Positions 36,481 through 46,534 of a stretch of DNA of 64,000 nucleotides are shown here, piece after piece. The notes beneath the pieces are model-generated. The model did no database searches, had not been told where the DNA came from, and worked only from the letters and a program-made list of their open reading frames with translations. Source of the stretch: a virus; the IMG/VR virus record IMGVR_UViG_3300027712_000018. One strand, given 5' to 3'. Within the stretch, counting starts at the first letter, position 1. The number at the start of each line of letters is the position of its first letter. Both the position numbers and the translations under genes were made by a program.

Positions 36481-38844
36481 TTATACGAATGTGCCGGTTG
36501 TAGTACTTATCTTCTTTACTTTGTAGTACGAACCCACCAAAGGAGTTACTGTACCACCCCCAGCTGCGCCTGTCCCGCTAGTTATCTGCAGTCTCCAATT
36601 TGTTGCAGCATTTGTTTGTACTAACATAGTCATTTGGACGTTATGGTTGACTGCTGTTGTCAGTGAAGCAGTTGCAGCAAATGCCGCAGTTGTAGCGGCC
36701 TGAGATCCAGACACACCCGATGTGCCTGTTGAAATGGTCGCTTGTCCAATACCAGTTACGGGTGATCCGATAAACCATCCTTGCATACGAGTTGGCGCAG
36801 ATGATGCAGTCATAGTCCAAGTAACCGTATTAGCGGTAGTTTTTAGAAATGCGGCATATGCTACAATTTCATATGTTGAAGACGCTTCCAACGATATTGA
36901 TGAAGTGGCACCAAAGAAGTCAGCAATTGCAGGACCGATTGCGGTGGGGGTGCCTGTTAGTAGGAACGTCTGTTCACCGACGATTGCACCAGCACCAGAT
37001 GTGGCGTTCAATTGAGTTATTGCACCAGCGGAAGATATGCGGAGACGTTCTGACCCGGCAGTGTTAAACGATAACAAGCTATTTCCAAAAACAATCTCTT
37101 CTTGAACCCCCGATGAGGCATCTGTTTGGTCAACACTTCTGCGGATACGATAAGATGAAGTCCCCCAATCCCCCGAGCTAGAACCTGCGGAATCTCTGAC
37201 GTTGACTATTCGTAAGCCATCGTTACTAGCCGAGCGTGTATCGGCAAAATATGCCATATTGACAAAATCACCAGCAGTTAACCCAACCACTGGGGTTTGG
37301 GAAATAAATCCATACGCAGTGCTTGATGTAGTTGTAACATACGCTTTAGATAGCCCCGAACTCGTGCCAATCCCCACATTGCCAGCGGATGTGATACGCA
37401 TAGCTTCAGTACCATAAGGTACGTTTGCGGCATCTATTGCATATCCCGTACTACCAGTGCGGAATGATAGTCCCGTTGCCATTGCGGTTGCGGAAGTAAA
37501 CGACCCTTCCGCAATACCAATAATACTGGCTGGATAAAGCTGTTTTGCTTGTTGATATGTAGTGTCGGTTCCCCACTGACCACCAAAAGCATAGATGCCA
37601 AGATAAGCATTTGATGCAATAGCTGTACCATCTGCACGACGATATGAAGCAGCAAAACGACCACCAAAAGATACGTTGCCATCGTTCCTTGCACCAAAAC
37701 TTTCTATAAAGTTTACGTTTGAAAGTTGTGTGCTAGTATATGAACCAGAAGTTATAGAAGTTGTGGCAAAGGTTGCGGGGTTTTGTACCGTAAAGTTAAG
37801 CGTTGCTAAACCAGCAGGCGAACTCGTCCCAATCCCCACGTTGCCGGAGGCGTCCAGCGTCATCGCTTGAGTGAAAGGGATAGCGCTCCCCGCTGTACCA
37901 CTTGGGGCGTTGAACCAAGCATGATAGCCTGTAGATTGCTCATATCGAGTTGCTGCTGCTGTGCTTTTGTAAATCCAGTTAGTTCCGTCATAGTAAGTGT
38001 TTCCAAAAACACGCATAGCGCCAATTGTAGACGCTACAGAGCCATAAGTGTTTATATCAAGAGCCTTGAATGTGGGCCCCCAAGCACTTGGCGTAACGCC
38101 AATCCCCACGTTGCCAGAGGCGTCAATACGCATCCGTTCTGTAGCAGCGTTAAGGCTACTACCAGTTGTTCCCGCTAAAGATGTACTAAATATAATAGAA
38201 CCACCAGCACCCGTGCCAGTGCCACGACCACCTTGGATGGTCAAACTTGCGCCAGCAATATCAGTGCCAGAACCATTTGTGGTCCGTAAAGTGCTAGAAA
38301 TTGGACTTGCAGCCGTATCACCGTTGCCAATAACCAAGTTACCACCAAGCGTGATACGCATACGCTCAGAACCGCTTACTGCCCAAGACAGATCACCAGA
38401 GGCTCCATTATTTCTGTTTTGCCAAGAATAACTTCCATTTTGTAGAATTAAAAAAGGGATGCCAGCAGCATCAGAAGATATAGCATAAAACGCAGGGTTT
38501 CCCGTTCCAGTTACTGCAATAGACTTAGTGACACCAGAAGCTTCTAACGTATATGCAGGGCCACTAGTACCTATACCAACGTTGCCGTTAGCGACAAAGT
38601 ACGTTCCTGTACCGATAGTCAAAGTGTTTGCGCCTAAAATGTTTGACCACGTTCTATCACCAAGAAGAATGTATGACGAGTTTGCTGTACCAGTACCCAA
38701 TACAGCAGTCGTTACAATCTCAGCCTTTACGTTTGCTAATGTCTTTGGTCGAATGAAACCATCACCAGCGGTCTCCACATAGTAGTGTGAAGCCGCCGTT
38801 CCAGTGTCGGGTGTTGCCAGAAATGTGCTAAGTTTGGTTGCCAT
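36481..38844 (-). CDS. Tail fibre-like protein (787 aa)
   Basis: Five to six ERMRI...GNVGIG modules. Confidence 0.75.
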   Translation of the reverse strand: MATKLSTFLATPDTGTAASHYYVETAGDGFIRPKTLANVKAEIVTTAVLGTGTANSSYILLGDRTWSNILGANTLTIGTGTYFVANGNVGIGTSGPAYTLEASGVTKSIAVTGTGNPAFYAISSDAAGIPFLILQNGSYSWQNRNNGASGDLSWAVSGSERMRITLGGNLVIGNGDTAASPISSTLRTTNGSGTDIAGASLTIQGGRGTGTGAGGSIIFSTSLAGTTGSSLNAATERMRIDASGNVGIGVTPSAWGPTFKALDINTYGSVASTIGAMRVFGNTYYDGTNWIYKSTAAATRYEQSTGYHAWFNAPSGTAGSAIPFTQAMTLDASGNVGIGTSSPAGLATLNFTVQNPATFATTSITSGSYTSTQLSNVNFIESFGARNDGNVSFGGRFAASYRRADGTAIASNAYLGIYAFGGQWGTDTTYQQAKQLYPASIIGIAEGSFTSATAMATGLSFRTGSTGYAIDAANVPYGTEAMRITSAGNVGIGTSSGLSKAYVTTTSSTAYGFISQTPVVGLTAGDFVNMAYFADTRSASNDGLRIVNVRDSAGSSSGDWGTSSYRIRRSVDQTDASSGVQEEIVFGNSLLSFNTAGSERLRISSAGAITQLNATSGAGAIVGEQTFLLTGTPTAIGPAIADFFGATSSISLEASSTYEIVAYAAFLKTTANTVTWTMTASSAPTRMQGWFIGSPVTGIGQATISTGTSGVSGSQAATTAAFAATASLTTAVNHNVQMTMLVQTNAATNWRLQITSGTGAAGGGTVTPLVGSYYKVKKISTTTGTFV
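37357..38124. repeat. Three near-identical ~26-bp direct repeats (core CCAATCCCCAC), with a fourth copy at 48543
   Basis: Cores start at 37367, 37829, 38099 and 48543; all encode GNVGIG. Confidence 0.7.
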
Positions 38845-38854
38845 GTTTTATCCC

Positions 38855-41776
38855 TTATGCCTGAGCTTCTGACCAACGAAGAAGGACGTGACCAGCTGCC
38901 GTGCCATTAGTCAAACGAACATTGATTGCTAAGATGTCCGATCCGTCTGGATACTTAAAGTCGCCACCAAGAGGCGCACCCGTAAGTTCTTTCAGCTGAT
39001 CTAGGTCAAGTCTGTCGTTCACAGCACCGTTTTGGGTTGTTGGTGCAGCAAAAGCGAACACCTGTTCTCCAGGAATCGCAAACGTTGTAGCACCTGACCA
39101 AGTTATAGATTGTGCAATCTGAGCGAGACTTGGCTGGCCACCCGCAGATTCGATATTTAGTGGGTTCCAAGTGGCACTAACAAAGTTCTTTGGATTCAAC
39201 ACACCTTCAACGATAACAGCACCGACACCACCGACTGCACCGCCTGAAATAGCAATAGCAACGGCTTGAAGTAGGAGTTGTGATCTGTTAAGAAGATCCT
39301 TTGCACCCAACGCACCGACTTGGCTGTTGGATACCGATGGAGCGAGACGAATTGCGAATGCGGTTTGTGTTGTGGTGTTAGCCGACACACCGACCCTTTG
39401 ATAGTTGAAGATGTAACCACGGTCGTTATCAAATCCACCATCCATAATTAGAGCAGAACCCCAATGGCTTAGTGTAGGCGAACAAGTGTTGCCGATAGAA
39501 ATTACTCCGACACCCAAAGCATGAGTTGCAGCAGCACCGGCAGTAAACGTTTGGGAAGAACCCATCTGCCATTGAGTTAACGATGCCGCCCGTGTGCAAC
39601 CAGTAAAGTTACCAGCGCCATTAGTTGCAGAACGACCGGTATAACTGATCATCTCATTGTCAATATACAATGTGCCTTTATCGGGGAAGTATGAAAGATC
39701 GTCAACACCAATAGTTGTTTGACTGCTCGTAATAGCACTAGTTAGTCGTGTAACAGGAGCATCGTTTTCAATTGAATAACGAACAGGAAGGTTACCTGAA
39801 CGCATGTAGGCTTCATTATTGATGTTGTTATTTTTCATACGATGGACGAATACCCAATTACCATCAGATCCACGAACCATGAAGTCGACGAAACCAGCAC
39901 CATACCAAGAGTACTGAAGACCGACCATCTGCATCTTATTAAGGTTGATGTTATATCCACTGTCACCTGTGCCGTCAATCATATCAATGTTGAATTGTGA
40001 CTGTGGAACTCTCACCTCGTTAACGATAGAGGCTTTAACACCAGAAGACGTGACACCACGATAGTCAGGCGTAACGGTCAACGATGTATCCGATACAACA
40101 CTACTGACCAAGTGAGTCATGCCACGAATAACGATTCTATCACCAGATTTTAACTGTTGGGTAAATCGAGTGTTTGATCCAGTTATAGCACTTGAGTTTA
40201 GGGTAGCGCTGACAGTACCGCTTACTTGTGTTGTAGCATTTCTTCTTACAACAGATAAGATGTTACCGTCAAACTCAAAAAACACGCCGTTTTGGTCATC
40301 AAACATACCAGCACGAACAGCCGATCCATCCCAACTCTTGACATAGATAGTCGCCTGTTGATCTAGAACTGGTGTGGCCGATCCCAATACGCTAGTTGCA
40401 AGAACTGTAAACTGATAGTCGGTCGTGATTGAAGCCACCGTATAGGTGCCGTTGTAACCAGATGTTGTAATACCGGCAAGTTCGATATTGGCACCAATTT
40501 GCAGACCGTGGTCAATGTCGTCCGTAGTGACTGTGATAGTAGAACCGATAGTAGTTCCACTTGCTGACACTGATCTGATGTCATAGTTTGGTTTAAATAA
40601 AGTGCCTGTTGACCAAAGGAATCCTTTACCCGATTGGTATCTAAAATACTTTTTACTTTGACGAACGACCGAAGCGCCGTATGTTGGTGTCTTTGTTGCC
40701 AGAATAACACCACCATCAGTTGGCCTGTGAAGGATCGTAGCGTTAGCCATTGCATACAGAGTTACCGTTGCGGGGCTTGTTACAGCACCACCGGCACGAG
40801 CGGTGTATGTTAAAGAGTTTAGGGATGGAACGCTTTTGACGACAAACGGGCCAGAAGCCAACGCAAAGTTAGTACCTGATGCAACCGCAGAGTAAATCGC
40901 AGTTCCGGGAATTAGTCCATGCGGTGAAGTGAAGTTTAAAGTTATGACTGAGGGAGTTGCACCATCACTTGTCACCGACGATACGGCGATAGAAGCGTTC
41001 GTATAAAGGTCGCCTCTTTTAATGACGGTCACGTCAGTAAACAAACTTTCGCCGTTTGTGCTTCCGACAAGTCCCATCGCAAAATATCTTAGGGTTGTTG
41101 AGGATGGAGCGTCATACACAATGTATGTACCGTCTGCACGGCTGAACCCTAAGACGCCAGAGTTAAGACCCGACAGGTTAACGACTTGTCCAGCCACGAT
41201 ACCATGAACGGCACTCGTCGTTACAGTGATCAAACTGTTAGTGGTGCTAGTCGTGTTATAGTCGGTCGTCATCGCAGTAACGGTAAGGTCAACACCGGGA
41301 AGTTCATATGAAGACGGATACCCACGAACGATGCCGAATCCTGCCCATTTTGTAGGCTGCAGACCGTATTCGAAGTCGGCGTCGATAAGTGATTGCGGAG
41401 TAGCTACACGCATTCTTTCGATAGCGTCAGTGCCGAAGTCCCACGGTTTAATTCGTTGATGCTTTCTAGAATCTTCTACGAAGATCTGAAGTCTGTCACC
41501 AGAACTTTGTGAGGCTGTACTTACGGCCAAAGTGATTGTGGTATAGCCATCTTCACGTTGACTGATTGTTGGGAAATAAGTAGATTCGTTTCCAGTAGTA
41601 AATACTGCAGTGGTTCCAGCATACTGTGCGTCTGCAAAACTATACACTACAATGTTTTTAGAGACGTTGGTGATCAGTAGTATTTTTTCTAGATCGTAAT
41701 ATCCCGGAATCTTAATGGTTCCTGCACCAGCACCAGCGGGTGCAAAAACATAATCTGCTATTAGTTTCTTTGACAT
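38855..41776 (-). CDS. Large virion structural protein (973 aa)
   Basis: LIDADFEYGLQPTKW, FRYQSGKG and YSWYGAG; repeated HG(L/I)xxG beta domains; in the fibre cluster. Confidence 0.7.
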   Translation of the reverse strand: MSKKLIADYVFAPAGAGAGTIKIPGYYDLEKILLITNVSKNIVVYSFADAQYAGTTAVFTTGNESTYFPTISQREDGYTTITLAVSTASQSSGDRLQIFVEDSRKHQRIKPWDFGTDAIERMRVATPQSLIDADFEYGLQPTKWAGFGIVRGYPSSYELPGVDLTVTAMTTDYNTTSTTNSLITVTTSAVHGIVAGQVVNLSGLNSGVLGFSRADGTYIVYDAPSSTTLRYFAMGLVGSTNGESLFTDVTVIKRGDLYTNASIAVSSVTSDGATPSVITLNFTSPHGLIPGTAIYSAVASGTNFALASGPFVVKSVPSLNSLTYTARAGGAVTSPATVTLYAMANATILHRPTDGGVILATKTPTYGASVVRQSKKYFRYQSGKGFLWSTGTLFKPNYDIRSVSASGTTIGSTITVTTDDIDHGLQIGANIELAGITTSGYNGTYTVASITTDYQFTVLATSVLGSATPVLDQQATIYVKSWDGSAVRAGMFDDQNGVFFEFDGNILSVVRRNATTQVSGTVSATLNSSAITGSNTRFTQQLKSGDRIVIRGMTHLVSSVVSDTSLTVTPDYRGVTSSGVKASIVNEVRVPQSQFNIDMIDGTGDSGYNINLNKMQMVGLQYSWYGAGFVDFMVRGSDGNWVFVHRMKNNNINNEAYMRSGNLPVRYSIENDAPVTRLTSAITSSQTTIGVDDLSYFPDKGTLYIDNEMISYTGRSATNGAGNFTGCTRAASLTQWQMGSSQTFTAGAAATHALGVGVISIGNTCSPTLSHWGSALIMDGGFDNDRGYIFNYQRVGVSANTTTQTAFAIRLAPSVSNSQVGALGAKDLLNRSQLLLQAVAIAISGGAVGGVGAVIVEGVLNPKNFVSATWNPLNIESAGGQPSLAQIAQSITWSGATTFAIPGEQVFAFAAPTTQNGAVNDRLDLDQLKELTGAPLGGDFKYPDGSDILAINVRLTNGTAAGHVLLRWSEAQA

Positions 41777-41787
41777 TGAATCCTCAT

Positions 41788-42582
41788 TTATCCTAGTGCA
41801 ATTGCAAGTGCTGCAGCAGTTCCGGCACTAATACCAGATGCGGCTTGGGCTGATTGGCCAAGTGACGAATAGATCTGCCACGTGCTGCCATTATATATGA
41901 ACTCTAATTTGATAGAAGAAATATCAATCGTAAAAGTTCCACTAATTGTTTCGATTGTTAATAATCCAGGATCAACTGTTAGGTTGTTTGTTCCCCAACT
42001 TGCGTTGTCGTAAAGGACAACGTTATCTCCAATTGCAGGAGATGCTGGAAGAGTGATCGTGAATGAACCACCTGTTGTGTCAGCAAGAATGTGATCACGA
42101 CTTGTGGCGGTATAGTTTGCAGTCTTTACACGATAAGCCGCATCTGTTTGGTTGGAGATGGCGCTAACCCACTGCGAACTGCTACCGTCATTATAATACA
42201 CGTTGAGAGAACCGTCAGTCGAATCGAACCATAGATCACCAGCTAAAGGTGAACTTGGTGCAGTATCCGAAATATTGGCAGTCGAATATGGAGTGGTCTT
42301 CCAATAGACACCAGATCCATTTGATGCCAAGATTTGGCCAGCAGAACCTACAGAACTGTTAGCAGTAATTGTACCAGTAATAACTGGCGATGTCAAAGTT
42401 TTGTTGGTAAGTGTTTGAGTATCCGTAGTAGTTGCTACGGTGACAATAGCTGGAGTACCCGGATCTTTTTTAAAGAATAATCGGCCATCGTATGTGTTGA
42501 GTGCTAACTCACCAAGTTGCAAGTCTGCGACTAATGGAACTTTGGATGCTGTAGCACTTCGCTTTAATTGAACAGTTGACAT
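41788..42582 (-). CDS. Fibre-associated structural protein
   Basis: LKRSAT..GELALNTYDGRLFFK; GDLWFDS; ADTTGGSFTITLPASP. Confidence 0.7.
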   Translation of the reverse strand: MSTVQLKRSATASKVPLVADLQLGELALNTYDGRLFFKKDPGTPAIVTVATTTDTQTLTNKTLTSPVITGTITANSSVGSAGQILASNGSGVYWKTTPYSTANISDTAPSSPLAGDLWFDSTDGSLNVYYNDGSSSQWVSAISNQTDAAYRVKTANYTATSRDHILADTTGGSFTITLPASPAIGDNVVLYDNASWGTNNLTVDPGLLTIETISGTFTIDISSIKLEFIYNGSTWQIYSSLGQSAQAASGISAGTAAALAIALG

Positions 42583-42632
42583 ATGTCCTCACGTGTGTAT
42601 AATGGCTATATAGCCTATGAGATTAGTAATGG

Positions 42633-45260
42633 TTAGTATGTACCACCATCTATTGTATTTATGCTCACTGCCCCAGTGCTTACGGTGAAGTTAGTTGCGT
42701 CAAAAGAAGCAACACCAAGAGCAGTACTGTTTGCAGTAACAGCTGTAATTGTAATAGCAGTCGTACCGTTATAACTTGCACCGCCTGCAGTAAGGCCCGT
42801 ACCGAAGGTTAGGGTGTTTAAGTTATTACCAAGTGATATGCCAGAGATAGTAGATGCAGCCAACTTGGTGATAGCAATTGCAGCAGATGCGTTGATGTCT
42901 GCGTTAAGAATCGTACCATCAAGAATCATCGTTGATGTAACAGTTCCAGTATCTGCAGAACCTACTAGAGTTCCCGATGTTGGTAGTGTAACCGAAGTGG
43001 CTGCAGAAGCCGTTAGAGTTAGTGCAAAGTTACCAGCAGTCGTGAAACTGTTCGCAGTTGAAACGTTACCACCGATTGTGATCGTCTTAGCACCGTTGTT
43101 AACACCAGTACCACCGTATGTGCCACCGATAATTGTACCTTGCCAAACACCCGTTCCAATAGTACCAACGGTGGTCAAGCTTGATGTAATTACGCCAGTT
43201 CCTAGTGTGGTAGAACTTAGTACATCAGTAGTGTTGATCTTATAAGTTTTACCTGATGCAAGGTTGAAGTTTTCAGAAGATGTCCAACCATTTGCCGCAG
43301 TCCACGAAATTGTTTTGTCGGTCGTACCCTTAAGAGTGATACCACCACCAGCAGCGGTAACATCAGTTGGAGATGCCACCGAACCCAGCTCAATATTCGC
43401 ATCATCAACGGTGACAGTAACAGAGTTAACAGTTGTGGTCGTACCATTAACCGTTAAGTTACCTGAGACTATAACATCGTTGTTAAATGTTGCAGTACCA
43501 ACACCAGCAGATGATCCAAGGTTGATGTTTGTAGTGGAACCTGATCCACCACCAGTACCGATATTGATCGTTTTGGTAGTCGCAGTAGCAGTGATACCAG
43601 TTGAAAGGTTTGTTGTTGATGTTGCAGTACCAGTATAACCCGCTGTAAGAGCAGTTGCGCTTCCGAATGCAGTGAACGTTGCGCCACTATCAATAGAGGT
43701 CGTGAACGTTGGGGCCGTGGCAAATACAAGAACACCAGATCCAGTTTCGTCAGAGATTACACCAGCAAGTTCAGAAGAAGTTGTAGCAGAAAATACTGAG
43801 AGTTTATTGGATGTATACGTTACAGTACCGCCTGTTCCGAATGCCACTGAAGAAGCATCAGTACCGGTAAAAGTTAGAGTGTTGTTGATAGTGGCAGTTT
43901 TACCGTCAACGATTGTCAAAGTCGAACCAGTAGCTGGAGCAGTGAATGCGACTTTGTTAATAGATGTCGCTGTTGCTACACCAAGAACTGGGGTAGTTAG
44001 TGACGGACTAGTCGCAAACACTAACGACCCTGAACCAGTTTCGTCTGAGATTACGCCAGCAAGTTCGGCCGAAGTCGTGGCAGCAAACGCTGAAAGTTTA
44101 TTTGAGGTAAGAGCAAGTGTACCAGAAGCATCTTGAACCGTCAATGTACGGGTTGTTGCAGTCGTAATACCAGAAAGCTGGAATTGAAGTTTCTTGGTAT
44201 TATCTAAATCGTCTTGAAAGAATGTTGTCGAGTCGGTAAGTGTTTTATTTGTAAATGTTTGCGTACCAGTTAATGTTGCAACAGTCGAATCAATTGCAAT
44301 CGTAACAGCCGCTGAACCATCATACGAAGTGCCCGATAGACCAGTACCGATAGTCAACACATTTGGGTTGACGGCAGTGATAGTGATATTGGCAGAACCA
44401 TTGAATGATACACCATTAATATTTCTTGCCGTCTGAAATGTAGTTGCTGTAGTGGCATTACCAGACAAAGCGGCAGTGATCGTGTTTGCCGCAAAGTTAC
44501 TAGACGCATCACGAAGGACGATCTTAGAAGCCGTTGCAAGTGCAGTAGCGTCTGAGACCTGTGCCGAGGTGATAGAAATGGTAGTCGAAGCCGCAGCAGT
44601 AAGTCTACCCTGTGCGTCAACGGTAAACGTACCAACAGATCCAGCTGCACCATATGAACCAGCAGTTACGGTAGTGTTTTTCAGAGTAATGGTCACGGTA
44701 TTTGCTGTCACAGCAGTTCCGATGCCTGTACCACCAACAAATGACAAAGTCTCTGTTGTCAACGAGATGGCATCAGTACCAGTGTCGCCTGAGATGTTAA
44801 GAACACCAGTATAGGTATTATTCAAATGTCCAAGAGTTACGAGGTCGGTGTTTGCAACAGGAGCCGCAGCATTGGTTACCTTCTTACCCGACACATCAAT
44901 GACGCCAGTTCCGTTTGGATTTAGAATGATGTTAGCGTTGGTTAAGTTTGTGCTAATCGTATTACCAGCAATTGCAAAGTTAGCGACATTGATGGTGTCA
45001 ATCTTAGAACTTGCATCAGTGATAATTGCAGCATTGGCAGTCAAAGTTCCCGGAACATGATTTAGCTTAGCAGTAAAATACTTACCACCAATTGCTTCAA
45101 TGTTTGCAGCAATTCCGCCTGTTTCCGTACCAGTACCGATATAGAGACGATCACCACCGTTTGATTGAGTTCCAGCAAGGAATGAATAACCCATTTCTCC
45201 TTGTGCTAATGCCGCAGGCGAACCGGCTGTACCTGATCTTTTTACACGAATAATTGACAT
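42633..45260 (-). CDS. Tail fibre-like protein (875 aa)
   Basis: IRVKRSG N-terminus, IDGGTY C-terminus; T/G/A rich; duplicated ELAGVISDETGSG module. Confidence 0.75.
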   Translation of the reverse strand: MSIIRVKRSGTAGSPAALAQGEMGYSFLAGTQSNGGDRLYIGTGTETGGIAANIEAIGGKYFTAKLNHVPGTLTANAAIITDASSKIDTINVANFAIAGNTISTNLTNANIILNPNGTGVIDVSGKKVTNAAAPVANTDLVTLGHLNNTYTGVLNISGDTGTDAISLTTETLSFVGGTGIGTAVTANTVTITLKNTTVTAGSYGAAGSVGTFTVDAQGRLTAAASTTISITSAQVSDATALATASKIVLRDASSNFAANTITAALSGNATTATTFQTARNINGVSFNGSANITITAVNPNVLTIGTGLSGTSYDGSAAVTIAIDSTVATLTGTQTFTNKTLTDSTTFFQDDLDNTKKLQFQLSGITTATTRTLTVQDASGTLALTSNKLSAFAATTSAELAGVISDETGSGSLVFATSPSLTTPVLGVATATSINKVAFTAPATGSTLTIVDGKTATINNTLTFTGTDASSVAFGTGGTVTYTSNKLSVFSATTSSELAGVISDETGSGVLVFATAPTFTTSIDSGATFTAFGSATALTAGYTGTATSTTNLSTGITATATTKTINIGTGGGSGSTTNINLGSSAGVGTATFNNDVIVSGNLTVNGTTTTVNSVTVTVDDANIELGSVASPTDVTAAGGGITLKGTTDKTISWTAANGWTSSENFNLASGKTYKINTTDVLSSTTLGTGVITSSLTTVGTIGTGVWQGTIIGGTYGGTGVNNGAKTITIGGNVSTANSFTTAGNFALTLTASAATSVTLPTSGTLVGSADTGTVTSTMILDGTILNADINASAAIAITKLAASTISGISLGNNLNTLTFGTGLTAGGASYNGTTAITITAVTANSTALGVASFDATNFTVSTGAVSINTIDGGTY

Positions 45261-45505
45261 TAGAAGAAGCCTCCATTAACTTCTGTGTTTGGATTCTCTA
45301 TAACAGTGATAGCTCTCCAAGACTGCGTATTTACGTTATATGATAGAAGAGCGCCGTCTTGAAGATTGCCGACTTCAACATCAACTAGATCGTTCAAAGT
45401 AATGTTACTTGTACTTATTTGATAATTTGTTACAAGTATGTTCTGCTGAGGCGTTACCTTAGCAGTCGTTTTTCCGCTTGGTGTAACAGTTGCTGTTATG
45501 CTCAT
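45260..45505 (-). CDS. Small fibre-associated protein
   Basis: 81 aa; LNDLVDV..DGALLSYN..W..NGGFF. Confidence 0.7.
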   Translation of the reverse strand: MSITATVTPSGKTTAKVTPQQNILVTNYQISTSNITLNDLVDVEVGNLQDGALLSYNVNTQSWRAITVIENPNTEVNGGFF

Positions 45506-45834
45506 ATTCTGGTCATCCCTGCAGTAACAGTTACGATACCTTCGACAACACGGGTGACAGTGCCATTGGCTGATGTTATCTCAACGTCATACAAATAACG
45601 ACCGGGTTCTAGTGAAATGGTATTTGTTGCAGATAGTATTAGAGTGATTGCCCCAAAGATCCCGTTGTGTGAAGTGCTAAACGTTACCGCAGTCGAAGAG
45701 TTGTAATTCTTACGCATCTGAGCAGCAGTCGTATATCCAGTTAAATTATATACACCACCGCTTGCATCTGTCACGTCAATAGTGGCACTAAATGAAGTGC
45801 CTTGATCAATAACTAAATTTGCTTTAATCGCCAT
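45502..45834 (-). CDS. Virion structural adaptor-like protein
   Basis: ANLVIDQGTSF..AQMRK..GRYLYDVEI..RVVEGIVTV. Confidence 0.75.
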   Translation of the reverse strand: MAIKANLVIDQGTSFSATIDVTDASGGVYNLTGYTTAAQMRKNYNSSTAVTFSTSHNGIFGAITLILSATNTISLEPGRYLYDVEITSANGTVTRVVEGIVTVTAGMTRI

Positions 45835-45859
45835 AGAAAATCTCCTTAAGTCTTATTGT

Positions 45860-45867
45860 TATTTATA
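45860..45867 (-). promoter_or_regulatory. Late promoter
   Basis: Exact TATAAATA. Confidence 0.8.
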
Positions 45868-45898
45868 AAGAGATGTCGTCTAGATAATTTTGTAACAA

Positions 45899-46534
45899 TT
45901 AGACGTTGACTTTTTCAAGAACGGTGAATCCATCATCAATATCTTTTATTTTTTTATATAACCTGTATGGACATAAGTCAGACTGTTTATCCAATTCTAT
46001 TTTCTTAACTATATATGAATCTAAGTCGGATATGGTTATCGTCGATTCGTCACCGTATTTGCTATAAACTCTAATTTTGGTGTAAGGATTAGTAACGATA
46101 TCCAAATTTACTAATCCAGTGATGTAAGTTCCAGTGTCGTTTGTGATTACCTGAGATATTTGAAAACAGTTACCGATAGTATAATAAGATTTCACTAAAT
46201 CGTTAAAAGTGACAATAGCGCCTTTAAAATCTTCAAACTCTTCTTGAATTTCTGGGCCAAGTATCTTATAACCACCAACTATATATCTGTCACCATATTT
46301 TATGGCCTCAATATTTGACTGTAGAAGTTTGACAGTTTTAACCCAAAGAGGCCTTTCCTCTTCTGGAATATCTGGATGTGTTTTTATTGATTTCAAACCT
46401 TCATAATATGGTAATTCAACATCGCCGTAAACTTTATCAAACCAAGTCAAAGATGGTTCACAAAAATACTGACCCCAATCTTGAGGGCCCAATATTTCAT
46501 TCATGTCAGTCATGAACTTTTTACTGAATATCAT
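45899..46534 (-). CDS. AT-rich hypothetical protein coupled to the adhesin gene
   Basis: Start MIFSKK at 46534 via ATGA overlap; composition differs from neighbours. Confidence 0.7.
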   Translation of the reverse strand: MIFSKKFMTDMNEILGPQDWGQYFCEPSLTWFDKVYGDVELPYYEGLKSIKTHPDIPEEERPLWVKTVKLLQSNIEAIKYGDRYIVGGYKILGPEIQEEFEDFKGAIVTFNDLVKSYYTIGNCFQISQVITNDTGTYITGLVNLDIVTNPYTKIRVYSKYGDESTITISDLDSYIVKKIELDKQSDLCPYRLYKKIKDIDDGFTVLEKVNV

